A stretch of 46,068 bases of DNA, from sequence record ON470605; one strand, 5' to 3'. Positions 31,410 to 41,769 of the stretch are shown here, one piece after another (within the stretch, counting starts at the first letter, position 1; every line of letters starts with the position of its first letter). The DNA comes from Escherichia phage vB_EcoP-720R6. Below the pieces are notes generated by a model that was not told where the DNA came from, ran no database searches, and was given only the letters and a program-made list of their open reading frames with translations. A program made the position numbers and the translations under genes.

Positions 31410-31774
31410 TATTGGATTCTCTGCATCATGAGAAAGACAATCATGGCGGCGCGGAGGGGATTTTCATGTATAGCTCGCTTAGATTTACAGTAGGCCACAC
31501 CGCGTGCACCCCACTCGTCTTCATCGAGATTGATAATGCTAATCCTGTATTTTTCAATAATCGGCCATGCGTCTGCTGGGTTTGCGCATGGGTTAAAGGA
31601 TCCGCGCTCAACTTCTACTTCAACTGCGTCTCCGTTTACAATGTCTCCCTCAAATGAGACAAACACCATATCGCCATTCTCACCTTCTTTGTAATCCGGT
31701 GATCCGTTATGAATGGCTTCGAATACCGCCACGTTAATTTCAAAATCACTTAACTGTGAATAATCCATTGTCAT
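31409..31774 (-). CDS. Hypothetical nin-region protein
   Basis: Start ATG at 31774 overlapping the upstream stop (ATGA) gives [24 protein letters not shown]...; ORF-track frame 31409..31810. Confidence 0.55.
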   Translation of the reverse strand: MTMDYSQLSDFEINVAVFEAIHNGSPDYKEGENGDMVFVSFEGDIVNGDAVEVEVERGSFNPCANPADAWPIIEKYRISIINLDEDEWGARGVAYCKSKRAIHENPLRAAMIVFLMMQRIQ

Positions 31775-31947
31775 TTCCTCGCACGATGTCTTAGCCACCG
31801 GATATCCCACAGGTGAGCCGTGTAGTTGAAGGTTTTTACGTCAGATTCTTTTGGGATTGGCTTGGGTTTATTTCTGGAGCGTTTCGTTGGAAGGTATTTG
31901 CAGTTTTCGCAGATGATGTCGGTGAAACTTCGTCGCTGTCGTCTCAT
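31771..31947 (-). CDS. NinE-like small protein
   Basis: 58 aa, below ORF-track cutoff; hand translation [58 protein letters not shown]; start overlaps the ninB stop. Confidence 0.5.
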   Translation of the reverse strand: MRRQRRSFTDIICENCKYLPTKRSRNKPKPIPKESDVKTFNYTAHLWDIRWLRHRARK

Positions 31948-32354
31948 TCGTACCTCCTGTCGGTAAATCTGACACCCTGACCAATAGCCCAGGCTGTTGT
32001 GTACTCGATCAGACTTGCCATACGCTTCACGCTCATCTGCGCGCTGCTTTCGCGAATGTTGACGAATTCGCCTTCAAGGCCGCGCAAAACATCAGCTTCC
32101 TGTTTTGTTGCCACTGCATGACCGCTAATCAACAAAACCTTCCACTGTTCCGGTTTTAACCATTTGCCGCACCATTGAACCTGACGAGCGATATCCGCCA
32201 GCATCGCGTGAAATTTTGCGTTCTGGTCAAGATTGCGCTTGTAGTCAGTAATGCGGATGGTGACTGGCTTGTCTTTATCGAGAGGAGTTTCGAGGATGGC
32301 GTTGATTGCGGCTTGCTGTTGTTGCTTACTTCGGAGGAAGATTGTTTGCTTCAT
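31944..32354 (-). CDS. ninB: NinB (Orf-family recombination mediator)
   Basis: 136 aa; ...[32 protein letters not shown]... resembles lambda NinB. Confidence 0.8.
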   Translation of the reverse strand: MKQTIFLRSKQQQQAAINAILETPLDKDKPVTIRITDYKRNLDQNAKFHAMLADIARQVQWCGKWLKPEQWKVLLISGHAVATKQEADVLRGLEGEFVNIRESSAQMSVKRMASLIEYTTAWAIGQGVRFTDRRYE

Positions 32355-32356
32355 CG

Positions 32357-32671
32357 TTACTCCTTCACTTTGACTCCAGCAGAGCGGATGTTTTCCTCAT
32401 AAGCATCCATTGCATCACCGAAGCCATTGGAATAATCAACGGTAAACCCTTTGGCTAATGCTTCTCTGCTGTCGATAAACTTTGGCGCGGTTATTTCAAT
32501 ATCTGCTCGCGATGCCTGCCATAAAGTCCACCACTCATTTAAGGAGTGACGAATATCCATACTTGAAAATGCGAAGTACCTATCACCATTTCTTGCCTCG
32601 GTTATCATCTCGAATGGTAATCTCAATTTTTTGGCAACGTATTCCTCAAACTTCTTTCTTGATTCGTCCAT
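32357..32671 (-). CDS. Hypothetical phage protein
   Basis: 104 aa MDESRKKFEEYVAKKLRLPFEMITEARNGDRYF...; tight packing with neighbours. Confidence 0.55.
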   Translation of the reverse strand: MDESRKKFEEYVAKKLRLPFEMITEARNGDRYFAFSSMDIRHSLNEWWTLWQASRADIEITAPKFIDSREALAKGFTVDYSNGFGDAMDAYEENIRSAGVKVKE

Positions 32672-32688
32672 CGGTACTTACCCTCAGT

Positions 32689-32895
32689 TCAACTCACAAA
32701 ACGCCACGCCATTTTTGCTACAGCGACAGGCATAACACCGATAATCACCCAGACAAATGCAGCGCCAAACAACGTATACCATGGGTCTTTACCGTCATTC
32801 ACAAGACGAATGTAGCTATGCAGAACAATAAAAAACGTCAGAAGAATCCATACAACGCCAACGCATTTGAGTGCGACGAGCATAAACTCAGCCAC
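32689..32895 (-). CDS. Small membrane protein (two predicted TM helices)
   Basis: 68 aa with two hydrophobic stretches LVALKCVGVVWILLTFFIVL and AAFVWVIIGVMPVAVA. Confidence 0.45.
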   Translation of the reverse strand: MAEFMLVALKCVGVVWILLTFFIVLHSYIRLVNDGKDPWYTLFGAAFVWVIIGVMPVAVAKMAWRFVS

Positions 32896-32972
32896 GATTT
32901 ACTCCCCCCCCAAATAAAAAGGCCTGCGATTACCAGCAGGCCTGTTATTAGCTCAGTGATGTAGATGGTCAT

Positions 32973-34872
32973 TTAATACTCTGTCACGTTTTCCTGTCGC
33001 CACGCCTCGTCATATTCCGATTTCGGCATATTGGCGATGTAGCTATATGGCGATCCTGATTCAAGTTGCAGGAACTGGTGCGATTGCTCGTCAAGGAACA
33101 ACGGGACACCACCTTCCCAACCTTCACCGTTACGTTGTTTTTCAAGCATCAAAACAGATGCCGGAGATGCCAGTAGCTGTTCGTCCTTCTCTGACATCTT
33201 TTCACCACTCTGAACTCTCTGTAACGCTCTCTCGCGAGCCTTGTTACGCCAGATGATGAAAAGGTTGTCTGTCAGGTCTGTTATCGCTCCAGAGCCTTTT
33301 ACGTCCATTTTCCCGGTTGGTTTTTCTTCGCTGTCTCCTTTTCGCGAGTGAGTAACGAGAATGACGTGGGAGTTTGTTTTGTTTTTGANNNNNNNNNNNN
33401 NNNNNNNNGTCGCAAATCGAGTCAACAAACGCCTTCTGCCCGTTATAGTCATCGTCGCCTATGCCACATTTCATCAGGCTGTCGATGATGAATAACTGGA
33501 TGCCGTATCGGCGGCGAGCGTAGTCGAATATTTCGATCAGCCTGTCGGCTTTCGCCGTTCCGGTCAGGCCAAACACCCAAAGTCTTTCGTCATAAAATTT
33601 AAATGCAGAGTCAATTTCCAGCACTGGCGGCATCTTGCAGCACGTTGCCTGACGGGTAAGTCGCTTAAGGAGAATGCCTGGCTTCAGCTCAAGTGACGCG
33701 ATGCACGTCTTCACACCCTGACGCATTGCCTCAAGTGCCATATGCCCGACAACCTCCGTTTTTCCGTGACCGTTCACACCATTGACCAGCGTCAACTCGG
33801 CCTCACGGAACTGGAATTTATCTGCGAGAGATTCCCACGGTGGATTAAACAGATACTGCTGCTTGCCGTAGAAAGCGTTGATAGTGTCCTGGTAAAACTC
33901 TCGCGCGCTGTAGAGTTCTTCAGGATCGAAGTAGGATGCCGTGCCGATGTACTGCCAGATTTCATCCTCGGTAACACCGTTCATCAGGCATTCGTTGATG
34001 TCTTTGTACGGCAGAGTAACAAGACGGCAACGATGTTCACCGAGTCGGCTTGCGATTTCCCTTGCGGCTTCACGACCAACATCATCAACGTCCATCGAGA
34101 TGAATATTTCCTCAAACCTGTCGAGGTTGTGATACTCAAACTCAATCCACTGTTGCTTAGCGCCTTTCCCGCCACCAAACGGCACGGATAACGCCGAGAT
34201 GCCGTATTGCGCATAGCTCATACAATCAATTTCGCCTTCGCAAAGTACAACCGCCCTCACGCCAGCGTCCAGAGCCTGCCATCCGAACAGACAAGGTTCG
34301 CAATCACCTTCTGCCATAATGACTTTCTTCCCGTCCGGGCGCTCAGTGCTGATTCGCTTGACCTGCAACAACTCACCATCGCGTTTGTACGGAAGCACCA
34401 GTGCATCAAGTTCTCGTTCTCCATTCCACACCTTGCCGCTGACAACCTCGTAGCGCTTTACGATTTCTGGCGATATGCCACGCGATTGCAGGTACTCAAG
34501 ATGGGATTCTGTTCTGGTAACGTAGCGGGCGATTTTCTTGCGATCAGGTCTGGAGAATTTCTTCTCACGTTTGGCATCGAAATGGTGATCGTCATCCTTG
34601 ATACCGAGAAATGCTTTCGCTTCCTGCATAGCCTGATGCAGGTTAATTCCACGACATGCCATCCACAAATCAAGCATGTCACCGCCGTCTCCCTCAGCGA
34701 AATCAGCCCATTTTTTCTTGCCGCTAAGGTTGACCTTAAGGCTGTTTCCCTTGTCACCGTTGACGTTACCGGCAACCCACTCATGCCCCTCTTTCTTGCC
34801 GTTTGGCAACAGGTGCGGAGCCACCCTGTCAACCTGCGCCCAAAGCAGGTCGCTAAGTTCACTTGGCCTCAT
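32973..34872 (-). CDS. Replicative primase/helicase (toprim domain fused to DnaB-like helicase), interrupted by an assembly gap
   Basis: ORFs 33244..34872 and 32973..33452 both read into the N run; toprim VVLCEGEIDCMSYAQYG; helicase motifs VNGVNGHGKT, LFIIDSL, HVILVTHSRKGDSEE; the frame offset across the gap shows the N count is not the true length. Confidence 0.78.
33389..33408. other. Run of 20 ambiguous bases (assembly gap or masked bases)
   Basis: nnnnnnnnnnnnnnnnnnnn seen directly; the only ambiguous bases in the window. Confidence 0.99.
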
Positions 34873-34979
34873 GATTCCCTCAGATTGAGATTTTTAAACC
34901 AGAAATCGACAAACGAAATACTTAACCAGCCGTGGTTATAACCAGCGACCAGTAACGATTTGATTTTTGATTTCATGGT

Positions 34980-35840
34980 TCACCTGTCGAAAAACACGTA
35001 GCCAGTTTTCGATACGGTGATTGCGGATGATGGTTTGGATTGTGGTTGAATGGTTTCTGGCTTTTCGTCGTTCCAGCGCTGACCGTTCAGGTAGCTCGAT
35101 GGTAACAACCTGTCGAATCCGAACTGCTTACCATTCCTGCATGCGATGTCTTCTGCCAGCATCGTGGCAAACTCGCTTGCCGTACCCCTGGTAGTTTTAC
35201 GCCATTCCCTGAACTGTGTTCTGAATGCCGAAGCTGCGTTTTTCTTCCCGGCCTTCCGCATGCCTGCACACCAGAATATTTCCTCGAATGCCTTGTCGGT
35301 TTCTTCGTGACGGTCAGATGATTTTTCACACTCCGTCCGAACACTTTCGGACATAGTGTTTTTATTATTTCTTTTTTCTTTTGTAATAGTTTCTTTTGTG
35401 TGTCCCTGTTTTGGTGACAGCGCTGTCACCGTTTTGGTGACACTTTTTGTCACCAATGCAGTGACATTATCACCAGAGTAGTGACACCCTTCGATTTGCC
35501 ATTCCTCGATGTTCTTGTTAGGCCCGATTTGCTGGCCTTCGCGAAGGATAACCTTCATCGCGATAAGCTCATTCTTGGCCTTGTTTACCTTCTGTCTTGG
35601 CAGCCTGGTAATTTGAGCTAACTGACTATCAGAGATGCGATCCATCTTTTTACCGTAGCCGTATGTTTTACGGCATATGGCGTGGGCAACCTTGCTCTGA
35701 TTTTTCGTTAAATCTGCGCCGATAAGCTCTTCATACAGGGCATTTGCAAGACGGGTATAACCATCTTCAACTTCTGCCACACGACGCTCCACAGGCCGTT
35801 GTGAAGGCCTTAAATGTGTTACGGTTGCAAGATTACTCAT
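34980..35840 (-). CDS. Replication initiator, lambda O-like N-terminal domain
   Basis: 286 aa; ...[56 protein letters not shown]... aligns with the lambda O N-terminus as recalled; C-terminus differs. Confidence 0.82.
   Translation of the reverse strand: MSNLATVTHLRPSQRPVERRVAEVEDGYTRLANALYEELIGADLTKNQSKVAHAICRKTYGYGKKMDRISDSQLAQITRLPRQKVNKAKNELIAMKVILREGQQIGPNKNIEEWQIEGCHYSGDNVTALVTKSVTKTVTALSPKQGHTKETITKEKRNNKNTMSESVRTECEKSSDRHEETDKAFEEIFWCAGMRKAGKKNAASAFRTQFREWRKTTRGTASEFATMLAEDIACRNGKQFGFDRLLPSSYLNGQRWNDEKPETIQPQSKPSSAITVSKTGYVFFDR
35355..35495. repeat. Origin of replication inside the O-like gene: GTGACA-type inverted iterons plus AT-rich tract
   Basis: GGTGACAGCGCTGTCACC (18-bp perfect palindrome), GGTGACACTTTTTGTCACC, GTGACATTATCACC, GTGACACC at 35411-35490; AT-rich tract at 35360-35400. 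Confidence 0.6.
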
Positions 35841-35979
35841 GACCTTTCTCCTTCTGCATCAGCTTCACTTTTTCCAACTCAGCCCGGAATCGACCAGGCT
35901 GCTTGAAGCTGGACAGGAAGCGATCACGTAGTATGTGTTTGTGAATTTTGTCCTGGTAAGGACTGAGTTGTTTTGTCAT
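35833..35979 (-). CDS. Small basic protein (48 aa) between cII and the O-like gene
   Basis: Hand translation [48 protein letters not shown]; RBS AGGAG 5-6 nt upstream of ATG; stop overlaps the start of the O-like gene. Confidence 0.35.
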   Translation of the reverse strand: MTKQLSPYQDKIHKHILRDRFLSSFKQPGRFRAELEKVKLMQKEKGHE

Positions 35980-35989
35980 AATTACTCCT

Positions 35990-36066
35990 GTTGATAGATC
36001 CAGTAATGACCTCAGAACTCCATCTGGATTTGATCAGAACGCTCGGTTGCCGCCGGGCGTTTTTTA
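35990..36066 (+). ncRNA. oop: oop-like antisense RNA (overlaps cII 3' end)
   Basis: GTTGATAGATCCAGTAATGACCTCAGAACTCCATCTGGATTTGATCAGAACGCTCGGTTGCCGCCGGGCGTTTTTT matches lambda oop as recalled, ending in an intrinsic terminator. Confidence 0.7.
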
Positions 36067-36305
36067 TTGGTGAGAATCGAAGCAACTTGTCGTGCCAATC
36101 GAGCCATGTCGTCGTCAACGACGCCCCATTCAAGAACAGCAAGCAGCATTGAGAACTTTGGAATCCAGTCCCTCTTCCACCTGCTGATCTGCGACTTATC
36201 AACTCCCACAGCTTCCGCTGTCTTCTCAGTTCCAAGCATTGCGATTTTGTTAAGCAACGCACTCTCGATTCGTAGAGCCTCGTTGCGTTTGTTTGCACGA
36301 ACCAT
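36012..36305 (-). CDS. cII: Transcriptional activator CII
   Basis: Internal ATG at 36305 of ORF 36012..36365 gives [74 protein letters not shown]..., essentially lambda CII. Confidence 0.93.
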   Translation of the reverse strand: MVRANKRNEALRIESALLNKIAMLGTEKTAEAVGVDKSQISRWKRDWIPKFSMLLAVLEWGVVDDDMARLARQVASILTNKKRPAATERSDQIQMEF

Positions 36306-36384
36306 ATGTAAGTATTTCCTTAGATAACAATTGATTGAATGTATGCAAATAAATGCATACACCATAGGTGTGGTTTAATTTGAT

Positions 36385-36416
36385 GCCCTTTTTCAGGGCT
36401 GGGATGTGTAAGAGCG
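36385..36416 (-). promoter_or_regulatory. nutR (boxA plus boxB)
   Basis: Plus-strand GCCCTTTTTCAGGGC (boxB GCCCTGAAAAAGGGC on minus) and TAAGAGCG (boxA CGCTCTTA on minus), immediately after the cro stop. Confidence 0.75.
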
Positions 36417-36424
36417 GGAATGTC

Positions 36425-36640
36425 TTAAGCGGCTTTGTGTTCCGGCGGGAACACGTCATCAAGACTGACTTTTGCGCCCAACTTGTTTAGGCACTCAACA
36501 AGAGCACGGCATGTTTTAAGGTCTGGGAAGCGACGACCAGATTCCCAATGTCCGATAGCTCCCTGTGTGCATCCAACTGCCTTAGCAAGTGTTGTTTGAG
36601 AGATATTCAGTGACTCTCGATATTTTCGTAGGTTGCTCAT
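36425..36640 (-). CDS. cro: Cro-like repressor (HTH, non-lambda specificity)
   Basis: Internal ATG at 36640 of ORF 36425..36811 with RBS GGAGGG; MSNLRKYRESLNISQTTLAKAVGCTQGAIGHWESGRRFPDLK...; recognition helix similar to cI. Confidence 0.78.
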   Translation of the reverse strand: MSNLRKYRESLNISQTTLAKAVGCTQGAIGHWESGRRFPDLKTCRALVECLNKLGAKVSLDDVFPPEHKAA

Positions 36641-36751
36641 ATGCCCTCCATAGTAACCATGAAACAATAATACGATATGTACTTTTAGAATGCAAACAAA
36701 AAATACATCTTGTGCATGGATGGTTTTAGTACAGAGCGTAATAATAAGGGT
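36641..36751. promoter_or_regulatory. OR/pR/pRM region; candidate pR -35 TTGCAT (36690-36695) and -10 TATTAT (36667-36672) on minus strand; operator-like TACGATATGTACT at 36671-36683
   Basis: Divergent cI/cro spacer; the GTAC-containing motif recurs in the pL region (AGTACAAATCGTACT). Confidence 0.5.
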
Positions 36752-37411
36752 ATGAAAATGAAATGGTATGAACTGGCTAGATCCAGAATGAAAGAGCTCG
36801 GCATAACTCAAGAGAAGTTAGCTGAAGAGCTTGGTATGACGCAGGGTGGAATTGGTCACTGGTTGCGCGGATCTCGTCATCCATCTCTTGACGAGATTGG
36901 TGTGGTGTTTAAATACCTTGGTATTGATAACGTCTCATTCAACCACGACGGTACATTTTCACCTGTTGGCGAATACTCATCTGCCCCCGTTAAAAAACAA
37001 TATGAGTACCCTGTTTTTTCTCATGTTCAGGCCGGGATGTTCTCGCCTGAGCTTAGAACCTTTACCAAAGGTGATGCGGAGAGATGGGTCAGCACAACCA
37101 AAAAAGCCAGTGATTGTGCGTTCTGGCTTGAAGTTGAAGGTAATTCCATGACCGCGCCAACAGGATCCAAGCCAAGCTTTCCTGACGGGATGTTAATTCT
37201 CGTTGACCCTGAGCAGGCTGTTGAGCCAGGTGATTTCTGCATAGCCAGACTTGGTGGTGACGAGTTTACCTTCAAGAAACTGATCAGGGATAGCGGTCAG
37301 GTGTTCCTACAGCCACTAAACCCGCAATATCCAATGATTCCATGCAATGATAGCTGTTCCGTAGTAGGGAAAGTTATCGCCAGCCAGTGGCCTGAAGAGA
37401 CATTTAGTTAA
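36752..37411 (+). CDS. cI: CI-type repressor (N-terminal HTH, C-terminal LexA-like S24 autopeptidase domain), non-lambda immunity
   Basis: ATG 36752 or 36758 inside ORF 36710..37411; [15 protein letters not shown]; C-terminal domain with GNSM (Ser nucleophile) and FKKLIRD (Lys). Confidence 0.82.
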   Translation: MKMKWYELARSRMKELGITQEKLAEELGMTQGGIGHWLRGSRHPSLDEIGVVFKYLGIDNVSFNHDGTFSPVGEYSSAPVKKQYEYPVFSHVQAGMFSPELRTFTKGDAERWVSTTKKASDCAFWLEVEGNSMTAPTGSKPSFPDGMLILVDPEQAVEPGDFCIARLGGDEFTFKKLIRDSGQVFLQPLNPQYPMIPCNDSCSVVGKVIASQWPEETFS

Positions 37412-37442
37412 CAGCCTCACAACTCTAAAACACACAACAATA

Positions 37443-37470
37443 ACCCGACCTTAGCGTCGGGTTTTCTTTT
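37443..37470 (+). terminator. Intrinsic terminator downstream of cI
   Basis: ACCCGAC-cttagc-GTCGGGT followed by TTTTCTTTTT, about 30 bp after the cI stop. Confidence 0.6.
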
Positions 37471-37536
37471 TCCAAAATATAAACCCATTAAATACAAAGC
37501 GTTATAAAAAACTAATTATATTTAGAACATTTTGTA

Positions 37537-37565
37537 TTGACTCGATAAAGTACAAATCGTACTAT
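37537..37565 (+). promoter_or_regulatory. Candidate pL (-35 TTGACT, 17-bp spacer, -10 TACTAT) with overlapping OL palindrome AGTACAAATCGTACT (37549-37563)
   Basis: Sigma70-like hexamers with canonical spacing upstream of nutL and N; palindrome with AGTAC arms overlaps the spacer and -10. Confidence 0.55.
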
Positions 37566-37604
37566 TTAGCCATCAGCAGGACGCACTGACCACCATGAAG
37601 GTGA

Positions 37605-37635
37605 GGCTCTTAAAAATTAAGCCCTGAAGAAGGGC
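37605..37635 (+). promoter_or_regulatory. nutL (boxA-like GGCTCTTA plus boxB GCCCTGAAGAAGGGC)
   Basis: boxB hairpin at 37621-37635 preceded by a boxA-like element, upstream of N. Confidence 0.8.
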
Positions 37636-37903
37636 AGCATTCAAAGCAGAAGGCTTTGGGGTGTGGTGAAGCCAGCTAGTCACTGGCAAGTGCTTACCTA
37701 CTGTTGAGCGGTGAAGCGCTCCCAACGCTAGCAATAGCGTGGACGAGATGGGGAGCCGCGGGCGATAAGGCCGCCATAACGCGCACGTTGTCGCATGGAA
37801 AAATCGCTGGGGTGCCGGTTATACCCCTCCGAATGAGACTCAACAAGCTGGAGCTAGACTACCAGCCACCACACCACCAAAGCTAACTGACAGGAGAATC
37901 CAG

Positions 37904-38801
<898 letters not shown>

Positions 38802-38834
38802 TTAAAAGACAGGCATACTAATAAACACTGCACT

Positions 38835-38862
38835 GTGTATTCATTCCAACGAGTGAATACAC
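38835..38862. promoter_or_regulatory. 28-bp near-perfect palindrome (11/12-bp arms, 4-nt centre)
   Basis: GTGTATTCATTC-caac-GAGTGAATACAC; no adjacent U-tract on either strand. Confidence 0.35.
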
Positions 38863-39014
38863 GGAGCAATGTCGCTCGTAACTAAACAGGAGCCGACTTG
38901 TTCTGATTATTGGAAATCTTCTTTGCCCTCCAATGTGAGGGCCTTTTTATATGCATACCAATAACGCTTCACTCGAGGCGTTTTCGTTATGCAATCAAAC
39001 AGAAGGAGCATCCT

Positions 39015-39185
39015 ATGCAACAGTTCGCTATTGCAGGGGCGGCATCGGTTCGCCCTTTCAACCCGATTTTATCGGTACAGCATTCACGAAAAAATATTTT
39101 AACCGGAGCAGACTTTAAACAACCAAGAATGAAAAGTTTGCTAGAAAAGCTTTGGGATATTTTGAAACAACAAGGCCGCCCATGA
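39015..39185 (+). CDS. cIII: CIII-like protein (FtsH inhibitor family)
   Basis: Internal ATG at 39015 with RBS AGGAG 6 nt upstream; MQQFAIAGAASVRPF...KSLLEKLWDILKQQGRP resembles lambda CIII (MQYAIAG...ESLLERI...DILNQPG). Confidence 0.7.
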   Translation: MQQFAIAGAASVRPFNPILSVQHSRKNILTGADFKQPRMKSLLEKLWDILKQQGRP

Positions 39186-39340
39186 GTTTTACAGATAACT
39201 GGTCAGACGAAGAATTCATTCGTCAGATGAAAGATTTAATCGGCAACGAAGGAGATATTCATGTCACTTGCAACCACAGTGAAGGAGAGCAAATTACAGA
39301 GACGCATGTACACGCAGAAAGCTCTCTGGTATCGCCATAA
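39182..39340 (+). CDS. Small hypothetical protein
   Basis: ATG overlaps the cIII stop (ATGA); 52 aa MSFTDNWSDEEFIRQMKDLIGNEGD... Confidence 0.4.
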   Translation: MSFTDNWSDEEFIRQMKDLIGNEGDIHVTCNHSEGEQITETHVHAESSLVSP

Positions 39341-39441
39341 TGGCGACCGCGAAGGAATGCGGGTATGCCTTAATTTGTCCAGAGTCGAAGTATTAAATCA
39401 GCGTTATTTCCTTGGGCCATGTCCATTCTGAGATCAAACAT

Positions 39442-40047
39442 ATGAGCAAAGAATTTTATGCAAGGCTGGCAGCCATTCAGGAGAATCTGAACGCGCCAAA
39501 GAATCAGTACAACTCATTCGGTAAATATAAATACAGAAGCTGCGAAGACATTCTTGAAGGCGTTAAGCCGTTACTGAATGGCCTGTTTTTATCAATCAGC
39601 GATGAAGTTGTGTTGATTGGTGATCGGTATTATGTGAAAGCCACGGCAACTATTACCGATGGCGAAAACAGTCATACGGCAACCGCTCTTGCACGAGAGG
39701 AAGAAAGCAAGAAAGGAATGGATTCTGCACAAGTTACGGGAGCTACAAGCTCTTATGCACGCAAGTATTGCCTCAATGGTTTGTTCGGCATTGATGATGC
39801 GAAAGATGCAGATACCGACGAGCATAAACATCAGCAGAACGCAGCAGCAAAGCAATCAAAACCATCACCTACACCTGAACAGGTTCTAAAAGCATTCACT
39901 GACGCAGCAATGCAGAAAAACACCGTAGAAGAGCTTAAACAGGCGTTCGCCAAAGCGTGGAAGATGCTCGAAGGTACACCGGAGCAGCACAAAGCGCAGG
40001 ACGTTTACAACATCAGACGAGACGAATTAGAAGGGGCAACTGCTTAA
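39442..40047 (+). CDS. erf: ERF-family single-strand annealing protein
   Basis: Internal ATG at 39442; MSKEFYARLAAIQENLNAPKNQYNSFGKYKYRSCEDILEGVKPLL typical ERF N-terminus. Confidence 0.78.
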   Translation: MSKEFYARLAAIQENLNAPKNQYNSFGKYKYRSCEDILEGVKPLLNGLFLSISDEVVLIGDRYYVKATATITDGENSHTATALAREEESKKGMDSAQVTGATSSYARKYCLNGLFGIDDAKDADTDEHKHQQNAAAKQSKPSPTPEQVLKAFTDAAMQKNTVEELKQAFAKAWKMLEGTPEQHKAQDVYNIRRDELEGATA

Positions 40048-40430
40048 TGGCACACTCGATTACTGTAAGACTAAACAAGCCAGCAAGAGAGTTTCAGGCC
40101 GGGGAAAATATCGGATTCAATATCCGTGCTGGCGTTCAGTATTACGATCGCCAGACAAAAAAGAAAGAATGGACAAACTACAGCGCCGTTGTATTTGCCA
40201 AGCCGGGAGCGCAAGCGGATTACTACCGTAGTATTCTTGTTGAAGGTGGCATTGTAGAAATTACCGGAGAAAACATCAGGGTTGATGTTTATCAGGGGCA
40301 AAATGGTCAATCAATCACTCTTGAATTACTGAATGCAAAGATTGGATTTGCAACATCAGGAAACTGCCAACAGCAACAAAGTAGCAATCATCAAAATCAT
40401 CCTGAATACGATGATTCAATTCCCTTCTAA
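40047..40430 (+). CDS. Phage single-stranded DNA-binding protein with SSB-type acidic C-terminal tail
   Basis: ATG overlaps the erf stop (TAATG); 127 aa ending EYDDSIPF, resembling the SSB C-terminal DDDIPF tip. Confidence 0.65.
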   Translation: MAHSITVRLNKPAREFQAGENIGFNIRAGVQYYDRQTKKKEWTNYSAVVFAKPGAQADYYRSILVEGGIVEITGENIRVDVYQGQNGQSITLELLNAKIGFATSGNCQQQQSSNHQNHPEYDDSIPF

Positions 40431-40453
40431 ATTAGCAATATAAGGATTCCATT

Positions 40454-40750
40454 ATGCCAGCGCCTATGTATGGTGCGGATGACCCGCGCCGCTGTTCCGG
40501 CAAATCAGTATCGGAGGTGCTGGATAAATTCAGAAAAAACTACGACCTGATAATGTCGCTACCGCAGGAAACGAAAGAGGAAAAGGAATTTCGTCATTGT
40601 ATATGGCTTGCAGAGAAAGAAGAACGCGAGCGAATTTACCAGACATCAATCCGACCATTCCGCAAAGCCACATATACCCACTTCCCTGAATATATCGACC
40701 CGCGCCTGCGTAATTACCGCTCACGCTATGGCGCTATCAGTAATGACTGA
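40454..40750 (+). CDS. Hypothetical early-left protein
   Basis: 98 aa MPAPMYGADDPRRCSGKSVSEVLDKFRKNYDLIMSLPQETKEEK... Confidence 0.55.
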   Translation: MPAPMYGADDPRRCSGKSVSEVLDKFRKNYDLIMSLPQETKEEKEFRHCIWLAEKEERERIYQTSIRPFRKATYTHFPEYIDPRLRNYRSRYGAISND

Positions 40751-40760
40751 GGAATTAACA

Positions 40761-41051
40761 ATGAAAACAATGAAGCTAAACATCGACCTCGGAAAATACG
40801 TTATTACCGGAACCAAACACGACCTGATTCTTAGCGAAAGAGGAATTATCAAAGAAGGCGAGAATGCAGGGAAAGAAACGCTCAGTCGTATCGGTTATTA
40901 CAGCAAGTTTGAGCATCTGGTTAAAGAGTTATGCAACCGTGAAATCCTGTTATCTCAGGCGCAGACGCTACAGGATATTCAGCAGCATATCGAGACTTTA
41001 GGTGTGTCACTTAGCATGGCTATTGACCAGTTCGTTGAGAGTAAATCATGA
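40761..41051 (+). CDS. Hypothetical early-left protein
   Basis: ATG at 40761 preceded by GAGG; [28 protein letters not shown]...; the longer ORF-track frame from 40608 overlaps the upstream gene. Confidence 0.5.
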   Translation: MKTMKLNIDLGKYVITGTKHDLILSERGIIKEGENAGKETLSRIGYYSKFEHLVKELCNREILLSQAQTLQDIQQHIETLGVSLSMAIDQFVESKS

Positions 41052-41208
41052 GAGGACTTGCATACAATCCCGGCATTCTTCCGGCAGAAATGATTATTCG
41101 CCAACGCGTAAAGCCAATGCCATCGAGAGAGGAATTGCTTAAGAGAAATTCTTTTCCGTCAGTAAATCAAAACAAATATCTGAATGCGATGTTGCAGAGT
41201 GGGAAAAA

Positions 41209-41769
41209 ATGAAACAAATGACACTAATTGAGATGGATGGATTTCTGAAAGGTAAATGCATCCCAAGTGATTTAAAGGTTAACGAAACAAACGCTGAATA
41301 TCTTGTGCGTAAATTTGCTGAAGCGGAGGCCAAGATTTCGGCTCTGTCCGAAGACCAACAGAGAGCGATTGAGTCAATTAAGCAGGCTGATTCGGCTGTT
41401 AAGTTGGCACACGAGAAGTTTTCAGCGCTGGCGGCGGAGAATGCGGGGCTGAAGTCTGGCGCTATGGACGAAATCAAGGTTATCAACCGTGGAGGGCAGG
41501 CATATTGCGTAAAAGATGGAGTGCAAGTTAATCCCATGTATGCAAGAGGGTGGAATGACTATCGCGCAAAGTCTCTGCAATCAGACACCCCAGCCACCGA
41601 CGCTTTCCTGGCTGAAATACGTGCGGAGGCGTTTAATGACCTTTGCTCGGCGTTCGTTAAACACGCGAATCTCGCGGGAATGGATGATGGTGAGCTAGTG
41701 AGGCTTAAATATGCGACGGACGCCCTGCTGCATTGTGCGGAACAGCTTCGCAAAGGAGGCAACCAGTGA
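41209..41769 (+). CDS. Hypothetical early-left protein
   Basis: 186 aa [49 protein letters not shown]... Confidence 0.55.
   Translation: MKQMTLIEMDGFLKGKCIPSDLKVNETNAEYLVRKFAEAEAKISALSEDQQRAIESIKQADSAVKLAHEKFSALAAENAGLKSGAMDEIKVINRGGQAYCVKDGVQVNPMYARGWNDYRAKSLQSDTPATDAFLAEIRAEAFNDLCSAFVKHANLAGMDDGELVRLKYATDALLHCAEQLRKGGNQ

Noticed and set aside
33389-33408. N run as a biological feature
   Set aside because: Ambiguity codes are an assembly or masking artefact; the flanking frames show the gene continues across it.
35355-35495. Repeated GTGACA units as a possible CRISPR array
   Set aside because: Repeats are short inverted iterons inside the O-like coding sequence with no spacer/repeat periodicity and no cas genes; consistent with a replication origin.
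35924-36462. ORFs 35924..36298, 36067..36327 and 36250..36462 around cII
   Set aside because: They overlap the near-lambda-identical cII frame and the oop RNA; treated as shadow ORFs.
40608-41051. 147-aa version of the ORF starting at 40608
   Set aside because: Its N-terminal 51 codons overlap the preceding gene in another frame; the ATG at 40761 with an upstream GAGG is the more plausible start.
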